From assembly GCA_965261545.1 (NCBI GenBank), contig CBDHDF010000010.1, forward strand, positions 1,043,389 through 1,107,388: DNA of 64,000 nt, written 5' to 3'. The position numbers were made by a program, and so were the translations under genes. This DNA comes from Bdellovibrionales bacterium (GTDB lineage Bacteria > Bdellovibrionota > Bdellovibrionia > Bdellovibrionales > UBA1609). This document shows, piece by piece, positions 50,112-60,663 of this stretch (position 1 is its first letter; the number at the start of each line of letters is the position of its first letter). The notes under the pieces are model-generated. The model worked only from the letters and a program-made list of their open reading frames with translations. It did no database searches and had not been told where the DNA came from.

Positions 50112-52082
50112 TCATAGCTCCTGGGGACACAATGTTACATTTAATGGCGTCCCGTCTTGCTTTGTCCCTGTCTTTGTGGAAAGAGAAAAAGACGTGGCTC
50201 CTGGCGGATCAGTGGGGTTTTCTAGAAATACGTTCACATTAATGAGGTAAGTGCCTGGAGGGAGGTCTTCTATGGTGATCGTTTCTGTTTCACTGACAGA
50301 TAGGTCCTCTGGCTTATCGGGGGATGTGTCGCTTTTGTCCACCAAATCTTCAATATAGCCCCACCGTCCGCTTGTGTTATACAGATAAAGGTCCAAGTCG
50401 GCTTTGCTGGCTCCAGAAGAGGTTTCAGTTGTATAGGTCATTGTGAGGTTAAAGTCTTTTTCTTCTGTGTGATTGATCTGAAAGAAATCGTTGTTGGCAA
50501 GTAAATCTCCAGATGATACAGGTTCTTCTGCTATTATGTCATCCTCATAATTTCCCTTAGGATTCATTTGAAAGAAGCCATTTGTATCGTCGGTTTTTGT
50601 ACAATCCCCTGACTTTGAAAGATAAAGAGCATATTCGCGGCGATCGCCTCTATGTTGATGTTGCCTTGACTCTCGCAATCTTGTCCAATCGCTAATGGGA
50701 GAATTGTCGGCAGAGACTAATTTCGACTGAATATTGTGGAAAAATCCAATGGATCTGAAGTCCACATTAGAGTTTTTATAGCCATCTTCTGATGCCAGAG
50801 AGGACCATATTTCCACAAATCTATCAGAAACATCTTCTACATCATTTGGACTTTCATCGACAACAGTATCCACAGTGTCCCAAAGAAATCGAGTGATAGA
50901 AAATTCTCTAAAGTTGCCCTCGTTTTCTCGTTCAGGGATATCACATCCAGGTGTGCCTGGAAAAGCTGAACAAATGGAGTCTGGTTTTTCAAGGTTAATG
51001 CTAAAGATGAGATCCGTAGAGCCATCGATATTTCCAGATGTGTCGATATACCGAGGTTCTGTTTCGGAAATCTCATATAAAACAGCTGCTTGAAAAAAAT
51101 TGCCCCAACCTTCTCCAAGAGCTAAGCGCGGGTCAATAATACTGTTGCCACTATGGGGGCCACCAGGAGAGTTTGTGATAGAAAAAGTATCTTCTAAAAA
51201 ATGTCCGTATTCATGGAGGATAATGGCGGCATCAAAATGGTCTGTATCTTGATAATCAGTATCTCCATCAATACCACCGAGAATAAAAAGCCTTTTCTTT
51301 GATGGAAGGTAAAAGCTCACCCCACTGGACTGATTAAAATAGGAATTGGGATTAAACCCCTTTTCCCAGTAAACAGATAACTTGGGGGCCACCGTAAAAT
51401 TCGTACAGTCTTTCACTTTTGTAGAACAATTTCCCAGTTGATCTCTTAAGTATTCATTGGCTTTTAAGATCAAATCGTAAATATTGAAGGCGGCTCCAAG
51501 AAGGTTTTCTCCATTGGCTTCAGCAGTTAAGGTTCCCACAGAAATATTAGGATCTGCGGTGACCACAGAGGTGGATAAGGAGTAGAGTTGATTTTTCTCA
51601 GGGGCGTCGAATATACTGACTCTTACGTGGGAGTTATGGGCTCTTGAGTAAATGACTATTGTGTAAGTATTGGTGTCAAGGGGGAGGTTGAGGTTAAAGT
51701 TTCCAGTCTCATCGGTTTCACCACATTGAACTATCTCTCCTTCAGAGTTGGTGACCATGATTTCCGCATAGCGAATGGGTTCTGGAGCACCAGGACCTCC
51801 CAATCCCTCTTCTATCATTTCTCTTTTCTTAAATTGAGCAATACCCGTGATCACAGAAGTGTTGGAATAGATTTTTACATCTGTGCAATAGTCGAGTTCG
51901 GCAGGACCATCGTATTCGGGGCTCTGTCGACCTGCATACATCTGCTCTGCCTTCTCCTCATCTTTGGAGCATCCTATGAGGGAGCAGAAAAGTAGAACTA
52001 TTATTGTGGACTTTATTATGGTTTTTATAAAGCAAACCTTAAATGATTGGAGATTGGTAGATATTGGTTCCGTATGATTCAT
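50112..52082 (-). CDS. Lipoprotein with zincin motif and C-terminal PPC-like domain
   Basis: LIGC lipobox, HEYGH...EGWG, DLDLYLY and PGTYLINV. Confidence 0.7.
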   Translation of the reverse strand: MNHTEPISTNLQSFKVCFIKTIIKSTIIVLLFCSLIGCSKDEEKAEQMYAGRQSPEYDGPAELDYCTDVKIYSNTSVITGIAQFKKREMIEEGLGGPGAPEPIRYAEIMVTNSEGEIVQCGETDETGNFNLNLPLDTNTYTIVIYSRAHNSHVRVSIFDAPEKNQLYSLSTSVVTADPNISVGTLTAEANGENLLGAAFNIYDLILKANEYLRDQLGNCSTKVKDCTNFTVAPKLSVYWEKGFNPNSYFNQSSGVSFYLPSKKRLFILGGIDGDTDYQDTDHFDAAIILHEYGHFLEDTFSITNSPGGPHSGNSIIDPRLALGEGWGNFFQAAVLYEISETEPRYIDTSGNIDGSTDLIFSINLEKPDSICSAFPGTPGCDIPERENEGNFREFSITRFLWDTVDTVVDESPNDVEDVSDRFVEIWSSLASEDGYKNSNVDFRSIGFFHNIQSKLVSADNSPISDWTRLRESRQHQHRGDRREYALYLSKSGDCTKTDDTNGFFQMNPKGNYEDDIIAEEPVSSGDLLANNDFFQINHTEEKDFNLTMTYTTETSSGASKADLDLYLYNTSGRWGYIEDLVDKSDTSPDKPEDLSVSETETITIEDLPPGTYLINVNVFLENPTDPPGATSFSLSTKTGTKQDGTPLNVTLCPQEL

Positions 52083-52089
52083 ACCCAAC

Positions 52090-52116
52090 TTATCGGTAGT
52101 TAGCTGGACTTTTTTA
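52090..52116 (-). promoter_or_regulatory. sigma28 (FliA)-type promoter
   Basis: TAAA-N15-ACCGATAA ending 7 bp before ATG 52082. Confidence 0.55.
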
Positions 52117-52265
52117 TAAATATTTATAAACTATTTAATTTAAAGAAATAATGCGATACATTATGTTGCTACTTAAATATAGGCTGATGAATGTTTTTCA
52201 GATATTTTGAACATTTATATGATAGCTCATATTCATCCATGTGAAATCAAGGGAGTGCTGGCACC

Positions 52266-52529
52266 ATGTCTCAAATTGAAAAGGGATTTAACACCAACTT
52301 AGCTCTTTCAGGGATTTCTTATCATGTCCAGACAGAAGACTGGGGGGCAGAGAATCCTTACTTTGTATCTCGTATTTTTAGCAATGGAGCCGTCGTTAAG
52401 AGTATCAAGACTTCGTACACAGATGTCCTACCCCAAGGAGTCCGGTCTCGAAGGAAATTGGTTCGCCTTGCCATGGAGACTCAGCACCAGAAAATTCTAG
52501 ACCTGCTGAAAAGGGGACAAATGTTGTAG
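52266..52529 (+). CDS. Small hypothetical protein
   Basis: GFNT...YHVQTEDWG motif; GGAG SD; leads the ftsEX run. Confidence 0.7.
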   Translation: MSQIEKGFNTNLALSGISYHVQTEDWGAENPYFVSRIFSNGAVVKSIKTSYTDVLPQGVRSRRKLVRLAMETQHQKILDLLKRGQML

Positions 52530-52539
52530 ACTTAATCCT

Positions 52540-53229
52540 ATGATTGTATTTACCCATGTCTACAAAACCTATCTAGGATCTACCCATGCCCTTAAAAATG
52601 TGAGCCTCACGGTTGAGAGGGGTGACTTTTTCTTTCTCACAGGCCCCAGTGGTGCTGGAAAATCCACGTTTTTTCGACTTCTCTCGGCTTTTGATCGACC
52701 AACGTCAGGTCAGGTCAAAGTCATGGGATTTAACCTGAGTTCTATTAAAGACAATGAGGTTCCCTACTTTAGGCGTCGAATTGGGGTTGTGTATCAAGAT
52801 TTTAAGCTTTTGCATGATAGAACAGTATTTGAAAATGTGGCCCTTCCCCTAGAAGTGCGAGGAGATCAAAAAAACTATGTTGACGAAAGAGTCTGTGAGC
52901 TACTTGACCAAGTGGGTCTTATAAACAAGAGAGGTACTTACTCCAACCAACTTTCGGGGGGAGAGCAGCAACGAGTGGCCATCGCAAGGGCTCTTGTACA
53001 TCATCCAGGTATTTTGGTTGCCGATGAGCCCACAGGAAACTTGGATCCTGAGTTCAGTGAAAGCATCATGGACCTTCTCGATAAAGCCAATGCCCAAGGA
53101 ACCACTGTTTTTGTGGCTACCCACGACTATGAAATGGTGAAAAGGCGGTCAGAACAGCAGGGGTTTAAGCAACAAAACAAGAAACATGTGGAACTTCAGG
53201 GGGGTCGTTTGGTGAGGGTCTCTTTATGA
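52540..53229 (+). CDS. ftsE: Cell division ATP-binding protein FtsE
   Basis: GPSGAGKS, RRRIGVVYQDFKLL and ADEPTGNLD; context. Confidence 0.92.
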   Translation: MIVFTHVYKTYLGSTHALKNVSLTVERGDFFFLTGPSGAGKSTFFRLLSAFDRPTSGQVKVMGFNLSSIKDNEVPYFRRRIGVVYQDFKLLHDRTVFENVALPLEVRGDQKNYVDERVCELLDQVGLINKRGTYSNQLSGGEQQRVAIARALVHHPGILVADEPTGNLDPEFSESIMDLLDKANAQGTTVFVATHDYEMVKRRSEQQGFKQQNKKHVELQGGRLVRVSL

Positions 53230-54155
53230 AAAAGTACTTTCACCATATTTTAAGGAGTTGGAGATTTCACGGTATTGTTCAGTGGTCGACTTGTGTGGTA
53301 TTGATTGGTGTTTTTTCTGTGGTGAGCTTTTCATTTTTAATTCACCAAAATTTAGAATCTGTTTTTCACAAGTGGGGTGATGTTGCCCAAGTGAGTGTTT
53401 ATCTAGAAGATGGAGTGAAAGGGGAATTCCTCGAAAATATCAAGGGTTTTGTTGAGGGCTCGTCGTATTTTAAGGATATTGAGTATATTTCTAAGAAGGT
53501 GGCTCTTCAGAATTTTCAAGGTCAGATATCTCAAGATATTATAAATCTTATCACTCGCAAAGAGCTTGAGAACCCTTTGCCTGCAAGCCTTGAAATGAAG
53601 ATGGCCGGAGATTTAAGTTCTTCATCTTGGTTGAGTGAGATGAAAAGCTTTCTCAATGACATCAAAGATATGGAGGGTGTGGAGGAGGTTGTCTTTGGCA
53701 ATACATGGGTTGATAATTATGCATCTTTTTTAAAAACATTTTCCTATATCAGCCTTCTCATCGTCATCATACTATTTACAGGAGGTCTTTTTGTCATTAG
53801 TAATTCCATTCGGGGCTCCATATCCCATAGGAAAAAAGAAATTGAAATCCTAGAACTGGTTGGCGCAACTCCCTCTGCCATCCGTAGGCCCTATATCATA
53901 GATGGTTTATTGACGGGCTTATTTGCTGCGGCTTTTTCTCTTTTGATTTGCTATTTACTTTTCCTTTGGCAATCCCAAATTTTTCAAGAAAATTTAGGTT
54001 TTTGGCAGGCGGGGTGGCATTTCTCCTTTTTGAGTCCTTTGAGAATGATTATTATCCTTGTCATGGGTGTATTCCTCGGCACTCTGGGTTCTTGGCTCTG
54101 TATTTCTGAAATGAATAGTGGCTGGATTGCCACACAAGAGAGGTCTTATCTATGA
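53226..54155 (+). CDS. ftsX: Cell division permease FtsX
   Basis: ENPLPAS and EIEILELVGAT; four TMs. Confidence 0.9.
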   Translation: MKKYFHHILRSWRFHGIVQWSTCVVLIGVFSVVSFSFLIHQNLESVFHKWGDVAQVSVYLEDGVKGEFLENIKGFVEGSSYFKDIEYISKKVALQNFQGQISQDIINLITRKELENPLPASLEMKMAGDLSSSSWLSEMKSFLNDIKDMEGVEEVVFGNTWVDNYASFLKTFSYISLLIVIILFTGGLFVISNSIRGSISHRKKEIEILELVGATPSAIRRPYIIDGLLTGLFAAAFSLLICYLLFLWQSQIFQENLGFWQAGWHFSFLSPLRMIIILVMGVFLGTLGSWLCISEMNSGWIATQERSYL

Positions 54156-55282
54156 TAATGTGGAAAGGTCGCTCGTTTTATTTTTCTATACTTTTAATAA
54201 CTATTCCCTCTCTTTACGCCTCTGAGGAAAAATCGATGGATCAGAGCAAAACTTCTTATCAGAAGCTTAAGGGAGAAATTGTGCAAGATAATCTCAAGGC
54301 ACGAAAATTACAAACGTCCCTTTATATCATTCATCAAAGAGTTAAAGAAATTCGCTCTGAGATTTCAAAAAATACGGATAAGGCTCTCATCATTCAAAAT
54401 AAGGCTGAAGAGGCTGCTAAGGTCACAGTTCAATATGAGGAAAAGCTGAATTCTGTTAAAGATGCTGTCTCCCAAAGAATACGTACGATGTACAAACTCA
54501 AAGAACCATTTCTTTTAAGAATTCTGTTTTCGTCTACAGGCATCCATGGGCTTCATCAAAATATATATTTTCTCAAAAAATTAACAGGCAGAGATGTTAA
54601 ACTTATCAGAAAAATGAAGAGCTACTTTCAGTTGCTAAAATCTTCAAAGGAGCATCTCAAAGATAAAATTAAGAATATGATGATTTTAAGAAACAAACTT
54701 CAAATAAAGGAAGAAAATCTCGATCGGGATCAAAAACGCAAGATAGCTATTTTATCACAATTAAGGTTGGCGAGAGCGGCCAAGGTTTCAGAGATCAGAG
54801 GCCTTCGTCACAGGCTTAAAAGGGAAGGCGTAAAGTCCAATCAAGAGATGGAAGCATCCTTCTTTGAAAAAAAAGGACAAATCATGCACCCTGTGTCTGG
54901 AGTGGTTTCTGAACCCTATGGAGTTCTTAGGGATGCCCACTACGGATATTACCTCGCCCATAAGGGATATTTCTATGAGGCTCCTCAAGGAAGCCTTGTT
55001 TATGGAGTTCATCCAGGCAAGGTGGCTTATTTGGGATTTGTTGATGGTTACGGGCAGACCGTTATTCTCGATCATGGTGACAGTTACTATACGGTTTATT
55101 CAGGGTACGCATCAGTGAAGGTTGTTGAAGGACAGAAAGTGGTAAAAGGAGAGATTTTAGGCCAAGTGGGTTTTTCGATAAAACATAGAAAGATGGGGAC
55201 CTACTTTGAAATTAGACATTTTTCTGATGCTGTCAACCCTCAGTCTTGGTTGGTCAGAGAAGATAAGAAGGAGAAAATATGA
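54152..55282 (+). CDS. EnvC-like coiled-coil/M23 murein hydrolase activator
   Basis: Coiled coil, GYGQTVILDHG and YFEIR. Confidence 0.85.
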   Translation: MIMWKGRSFYFSILLITIPSLYASEEKSMDQSKTSYQKLKGEIVQDNLKARKLQTSLYIIHQRVKEIRSEISKNTDKALIIQNKAEEAAKVTVQYEEKLNSVKDAVSQRIRTMYKLKEPFLLRILFSSTGIHGLHQNIYFLKKLTGRDVKLIRKMKSYFQLLKSSKEHLKDKIKNMMILRNKLQIKEENLDRDQKRKIAILSQLRLARAAKVSEIRGLRHRLKREGVKSNQEMEASFFEKKGQIMHPVSGVVSEPYGVLRDAHYGYYLAHKGYFYEAPQGSLVYGVHPGKVAYLGFVDGYGQTVILDHGDSYYTVYSGYASVKVVEGQKVVKGEILGQVGFSIKHRKMGTYFEIRHFSDAVNPQSWLVREDKKEKI

Positions 55283-56730
55283 AAGGTCATAGTAAGTTTC
55301 AACGTGAACCATGTTGTAAAAAGCACCATGGTTTTAGGTATGTGATTGTGGGATTCTGTGTGATTTTTTTTATAGGAATTATTGGTTTAAATTTAAACGC
55401 ACAGTCAAAAGAGAGGTATTTAACTCTCCAATTATTTGCAAAAGTTTTAAATCTTGTTCAAGAGCACTACGTTGAGGATGTGGATATCAAAAAATTGATA
55501 CATGGAGGCATCAAGGGGATGCTCAATGAACTAGATCCTCATACCCATATCCTTGGACCTGAGTTGTTCAAGGAGTTTCAAACGGAGACATCAGGCCAGT
55601 TTGGAGGTCTTGGTGTTGAGGTAACTCTCATAAAAGATGTGCTTACAATTATTTCTCCCATTGAAGATACTCCTGCGTGGCGAGCGGGCTTAAAGCCAGG
55701 AGATAAAATTGTTTCTATCAATGGTGAGTCCACAAAAGGTTTAAGTCTTGCTGAGGCCGCTCAACGTATGCGTGATCCCAAGGGAAAAATCATCCACTTA
55801 GGTATTTTCAGAGAGGGTCTTATAAAACCAAAAATGTACTCTATTGAGCGAGGTATTGTAAAAATACATTCTTCTAAATACACGAATCTAAAAGAAGGTT
55901 ATGCCTATGTCAAAATCACAAGCTTTATAGAAAGCACATCGAAGGATTTTAAAAATATTTTAAAAAAACATATAAAAGATAACAAGAAAATCAAAGGTCT
56001 TATTATTGACATACGGAGAAACCCTGGAGGTTTATTGGATCAAGCCATCGCTGTTAGTGACTTATTTCTCTCAAAAGGAGTCATTGTGAGCACTCGTGGA
56101 AAAAAGAAAAACCAAGAACACACTTGGTATGCCAGCAAACATGGAACTTATAAGGGCTTCCCCATTATTATTCTCATTGATGAATACTCGGCCAGTGCCA
56201 GCGAGATTCTCGCCGGTGCACTTCAAGATAATAAGAGAGCTTTGATTATGGGACAAAAAAGTTTTGGGAAAGGATCTGTTCAATCTATGGTGAGGCTCAA
56301 CGATGGATCAGCTCTTAAAATCACGGTGGCAAGGTACTACACTCCCAAGGGCTCTTCCATTCAAGCAGAGGGAATCATTCCAGATATAAAGGTAGCTCAT
56401 ATAGATGCTGCAATTTTACAGCAAGCAACCAGTCAAGTTTTATTTACTAAAAGGGAAAGAGATATAGTCGGACACCTTCAGAATGAAAAAAGTTCTAATA
56501 AGAATAAAGAAGGTTCTGACAAGGGGGGCAAGGTCACCGGCAAAAGCTTTTGGTGGAATCAAAGTCACGACAAGAAAGACCTTTCCCCTAAAGGTCAATT
56601 GCTCCGTGATGATTTTCAGGTTCTTCAAGCATACAACTACTTAAAGGCATGGAAAGTCATGAGTGGCTTTGGCTATAATGAAAAGCGCAATGAGCAGCAC
56701 AACGAGAAGGGGAAGGATCAAAAGCTTTGA
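55279..56730 (+). CDS. S41 C-terminal processing protease (CtpA/Prc family)
   Basis: LDPH, PDZ, DIRRNPGG, SASASE and GKGSVQ. Confidence 0.92.
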   Translation: MKGHSKFQREPCCKKHHGFRYVIVGFCVIFFIGIIGLNLNAQSKERYLTLQLFAKVLNLVQEHYVEDVDIKKLIHGGIKGMLNELDPHTHILGPELFKEFQTETSGQFGGLGVEVTLIKDVLTIISPIEDTPAWRAGLKPGDKIVSINGESTKGLSLAEAAQRMRDPKGKIIHLGIFREGLIKPKMYSIERGIVKIHSSKYTNLKEGYAYVKITSFIESTSKDFKNILKKHIKDNKKIKGLIIDIRRNPGGLLDQAIAVSDLFLSKGVIVSTRGKKKNQEHTWYASKHGTYKGFPIIILIDEYSASASEILAGALQDNKRALIMGQKSFGKGSVQSMVRLNDGSALKITVARYYTPKGSSIQAEGIIPDIKVAHIDAAILQQATSQVLFTKRERDIVGHLQNEKSSNKNKEGSDKGGKVTGKSFWWNQSHDKKDLSPKGQLLRDDFQVLQAYNYLKAWKVMSGFGYNEKRNEQHNEKGKDQKL

Positions 56731-57291
56731 GAATAGTGGGGAGGGAGCCTTGCTTATTGGCTCCCCTGGAACTGGAAAAAGCCACATTGCAAAAGCTATA
56801 GCCACCAAGGTCTGTTCCATATCAAATTACAAGGTTTTGTATCAGGAAGCTCACAAGCTCTTTGAAAATCTCTTTGAGGCCAGGCAGCTGGGGCGCAGAA
56901 AGAGGTTCTACACCCAACTCATCCATGTGGACCTATTGATCATTGATGATCTTTTTCTTAGAAAGCGCATTCCGCCAGAGGCTTGCGATGACTTCCAGGA
57001 AATCATTCTGGATCGATACTCAGCGAGAAAAAGCACTCTTATTACCTCCAATCGCATTATTGAGGACTGGGGAAAGTGTTTGGGCGATAATACCGTGGCC
57101 TCTGCCATCCTGGATCGCCTTCTCCACTGCAGCCAACTATTAAAATTTGAGGGAAAAAGCTACCGATTGAAGGAAGCTTCAAACCGACTTGTCAAGATAA
57201 AAAATTAAAGGTAGGGTGAGCCCATCTTGTCAGATCACCCTAAATGGCCTGGTTTGCCCGCCCACAAATGGCCTGGTTTAACCCGCCCATC
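56731..57291 (+). mobile_element. IS21 remnant: 5'-truncated istB (to 57208) plus right-end repeats
   Basis: GSPGTGKS, IIDD, AILDRL and GKSYR; tandem AAATGGCCTGGTTT..CCCGCCCA repeats; no istA. Confidence 0.85.
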
Positions 57292-57302
57292 GGGGCTAAA
57301 GT

Positions 57303-58733
57303 TCAGCAGAAAATATTCGGGTGCTTTCGTTCGACGGACACTGGGATTCTGAGATAAAATTGACTGCCCTCTGCCGAAGTCCAATCAATGCCAGCTTCAC
57401 CACCATGGGCATACATAATATGGCGGACAATGGACAAACCAAGACCTGTGCCTCCCTTGTCACGGCTTCGCCCCTTATCAACACGGTAAAAGCGTTCAAA
57501 AAGTCGAGACTGTTGAGTTTCCTTTATTCCTGGTCCACAATCCCTTACAAGAAGGTCTATAAAATTATCAACTCGACGGGATGAAATCGTCACTGTCGTG
57601 TTTTTAGGACCATATTTAATGGCATTATCCACCAAATTCACCAAAGCTTGTATCAACAAGGTGAGGTTTCCCTGAAATTCTGTAATTTCTAAGTGCTGGG
57701 CCTCAATGGAAATGCCTCTGTCCTGCGCCTTTTGTGAACAAACTTCTATGCTTCCCTTGACAACATCTTCAAGGTAAGTCCACTGCACATTAGAAATACG
57801 ATCTCCCTTTTCTAGCTCCGACAATACCAATAGATTATCAATCAAAGAATCCAAATGATCCGCATGTTTTTGAATAACTTTTGAAAATTGTCGAAAATGC
57901 TCTTGAGATTGAAGAGCCGGATTTTGCATGGTTTCAGCATAGCCCTTAATAGACGTGAGTGGTGTTTTCAGTTCATGGGAGGCATTGGAAACAAACTCTT
58001 GCCTATGACGCTCCAATTTCCTCAGCTCAGAAACATCCACAAGTACAAATATGGAACCACGAAACTTAGCTTTGAGGGAAAAAATAGGACTGGAGCGAAC
58101 AATAAAGACTCTTTCTGAAACCTTGTTCTCATCAAGAATGATCTCTCTTTTCTGTTTTTCCTGACAAGCAGCTGCATGTTCAATAAATTCCCTTAAACTA
58201 GATAATCCAACAATATCTTGCACATAAAAATCCTCTTTCATCTCCATGTGAATACCTAAGATTTCTTTGGACGAAGAGTTCATGTGGTTAATGCGACCCT
58301 CTTCATTAACAGAAATCACCCCCTCATCCATATTCTCCAGAATAACCTCTTGTTGTATTTGCCCCTTAATAACAGCCTTTTGACTGCTTCTAAAATCTCT
58401 CACAAGTTTGGAAAGAGTTGATGCTATGGATAAGATTTCTTGGGGAGTTCTTTTCTTCTTTTGAAAGGAAGCTTTCAAGTTCCCCTCAGTGACATTTTCG
58501 ATATAGGTTTTAAGATCTTGCATGGGACTAAGAGCTCTTTGTAGGATCCACCAAAGAAAAATACCAGAAATCAAGAAAACACAAATAACAAGAAAAAACT
58601 GTAAAGGCTGCCAAGACAATAAGCCCAAAGTTGCAACCATGGCAAAGACAACAACACATAAACAGGGAGGGAAAACACGCCATATATATGTTTTAATGGG
58701 AAGCACCATCATCAAAGCGATAACCCACTCCAT
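57303..58733 (-). CDS. PhoR-like sensor histidine kinase (HAMP-PAS-HisKA-HATPase); start uncertain
   Basis: SHELKTPLT, NLVDNAIKY, FERFYRVDK and GTGLGL. Confidence 0.9.
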   Translation of the reverse strand: MEWVIALMMVLPIKTYIWRVFPPCLCVVVFAMVATLGLLSWQPLQFFLVICVFLISGIFLWWILQRALSPMQDLKTYIENVTEGNLKASFQKKKRTPQEILSIASTLSKLVRDFRSSQKAVIKGQIQQEVILENMDEGVISVNEEGRINHMNSSSKEILGIHMEMKEDFYVQDIVGLSSLREFIEHAAACQEKQKREIILDENKVSERVFIVRSSPIFSLKAKFRGSIFVLVDVSELRKLERHRQEFVSNASHELKTPLTSIKGYAETMQNPALQSQEHFRQFSKVIQKHADHLDSLIDNLLVLSELEKGDRISNVQWTYLEDVVKGSIEVCSQKAQDRGISIEAQHLEITEFQGNLTLLIQALVNLVDNAIKYGPKNTTVTISSRRVDNFIDLLVRDCGPGIKETQQSRLFERFYRVDKGRSRDKGGTGLGLSIVRHIMYAHGGEAGIDWTSAEGSQFYLRIPVSVERKHPNIFC

Positions 58734-59397
58734 GCACTGTTTTTATATGTTGGCCCGCTTGTCCAAGCTTTTTGCGAAGGCCCACCATCTGAAAGTCAAT
58801 GGACCGATCCGTCACAGCGTAATTATCCCCATGAATCTTATCTACCAGTTGATTGCGTGTAAAAACCCAACCCGGCCGGCTCATAAGAGAATGAAGAATT
58901 CTAAACTCCACCTTCCGCAACTGAATTTTCTTCCCATGAACATGAACCTCATGCCTCCCAAAGCATATATCAATACCATGAAGGCTTATGGTGTCCATCT
59001 TTTCCACCTGCCTTTCCCCACGCTTGAGAACAGTTTTCACCTTAGCCACAAGCACTTTGGGGCTAAATGGTTTTGTCATATAATCATCAGCCCCCATTTC
59101 CAAACCCTGTAGAATATTTTCTTCAGAAACTTTCGCTGTGACCATGATAATGGGAAGAAGTTTAAACTGAGAATACTGACGAATCCAACGACAAAGATCC
59201 AGACCACTGAGGCCAGGCAACATAAGATCGAGAAGAATAAGGTTCGGGCAACTGTCAATGAGAGCATCAGGAACAGATTCACCTCGACTAAAATGCTGAG
59301 TGCTCGCTCCCTCCAACTCTAAGTTAATACAAATAAACTGTGCAATATCTCTTTCATCTTCAACGACAAAGATCTTTTTTCCCGACAATTCACCCAC
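58693..59397 (-). CDS. OmpR/PhoB-family response regulator
   Basis: LDLMLP, GADDYMTKPF and TVHGVGY. Confidence 0.92.
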   Translation of the reverse strand: MGELSGKKIFVVEDERDIAQFICINLELEGASTQHFSRGESVPDALIDSCPNLILLDLMLPGLSGLDLCRWIRQYSQFKLLPIIMVTAKVSEENILQGLEMGADDYMTKPFSPKVLVAKVKTVLKRGERQVEKMDTISLHGIDICFGRHEVHVHGKKIQLRKVEFRILHSLMSRPGWVFTRNQLVDKIHGDNYAVTDRSIDFQMVGLRKKLGQAGQHIKTVHGVGYRFDDGASH

Positions 59398-59414
59398 AAA
59401 AACTCCTTAAATAC

Positions 59415-60320
59415 TTACAAATTGGGTTTAAGAGCCGACAAAACATGTTCCACAGCTAAACTACGACTCCGATTTTTAAGGTAGGCTAAACTCAGATGAT
59501 TCTTGAGAGGGCGTCCTGATCCCTTAAAAACATGAAGATCACAACCCTCATCCAAAAGTTTCTGCAACAGGTGGTTAGGGATCACCCCTGCCCCAACATG
59601 ATTCATTATAAACCGCGATACTCCTTGCACGTCCATAACATGGGCTCTCACATTGAGCTTTAAATTCTTACGACGTATGTGGTGGGTAAACCAAGCTCTC
59701 AAAAGAGGTTCACTGGACTCATAGGCCACATAATCCAAACTTTCAAAAAAGGCTTTTGAGTTTTTTGAAACCCCCACACCCTTGAGGTAGTTCTTGCTTG
59801 CACAAAGATCAAGAGTTTCTTCAGCGATCTTTTCCACATGAATTTTCCTATTCATGGCATAGGTGTCTACAAAGGCAAAATCCAAAGTTCCTTTAAGAAG
59901 CATTTCATTCATCTCTGAGGCAAAACCCATGCGAAGGGAAAAATTCAAGCCGAGGTACTCTTGACTAAGCTTGGCGAGTCGGGGAATAACAATATTATTC
60001 CCAAACTCAATAGGCATTCCCACATTGATGCGGCCCTTAACTTCAACTTCCTTACGAGAAATATCCATCAAAGCTTCATCGAGGTCTATAAAGACGGATC
60101 GAGCTGTTTTATAAAGTCGATCCCCCGCACTTGTCGGCATAATTTTTTTATTCACTCTATCAAAGAGAAGAGTTCCTAGGGACTCCTCCAAAGATTTGAT
60201 ATGCTGACTTACGCCGCTTTGCGTTAAATGCCTTTCCTTAGAGGCCAAAGTCATACAACGACTTCGATAAACAGACTCAAAAACTCTTAGGTTATTAAGG
60301 TTAACATTATCAAGAGACAT
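59415..60320 (-). CDS. LysR-family transcriptional regulator
   Basis: LTQSGVSQHIKSLEESLG..LFDR. Confidence 0.92.
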   Translation of the reverse strand: MSLDNVNLNNLRVFESVYRSRCMTLASKERHLTQSGVSQHIKSLEESLGTLLFDRVNKKIMPTSAGDRLYKTARSVFIDLDEALMDISRKEVEVKGRINVGMPIEFGNNIVIPRLAKLSQEYLGLNFSLRMGFASEMNEMLLKGTLDFAFVDTYAMNRKIHVEKIAEETLDLCASKNYLKGVGVSKNSKAFFESLDYVAYESSEPLLRAWFTHHIRRKNLKLNVRAHVMDVQGVSRFIMNHVGAGVIPNHLLQKLLDEGCDLHVFKGSGRPLKNHLSLAYLKNRSRSLAVEHVLSALKPNL

Positions 60321-60464
60321 ACCTAGAACAGGACTATATCCTTAACCAAAAGCTGTCAAGGAAGCCAAAACCTTTTCAGCAATTCCCGCCCCATCGGGGC
60401 CGCCGAACTTGAAAAAACATTGGAATTCCTCCAAATCTCAGTGTGAGAATTGCACTGCATCGAA

Positions 60465-60663
60465 CAGGGTAACCTCACCTTGTTGATACAAGCTTTGGTG
60501 AATTTGGTGGATAATGCCATTAAATATGGTCCTAAAAACACGACAGTGACAATTTCATCCCGTCGAGTTGATAATTTTATAGACCTTCTTGTAAGGGATT
60601 GTGGACCAGGAATAAAGGAAACTCAACAGTCTCGACTTTTTGAACGCTTTTACCCTGTTGATA
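60465..60663 (+). pseudogene. Inverted 199-bp duplicate of a kinase-gene segment (57476-57674)
   Basis: Reverse-complement match with 3 mismatches. Confidence 0.9.

Noticed and set aside
56663..56730. Apparent N-terminus of the 181-aa IstB ORF
   Set aside because: Overlaps the S41 protease 3' end in another frame; IstB similarity begins only near the Walker A motif.
60463..60472. AACAGGGTAA resembles half an I-SceI site
   Set aside because: Only a partial match, mostly explained by the duplicated kinase sequence.
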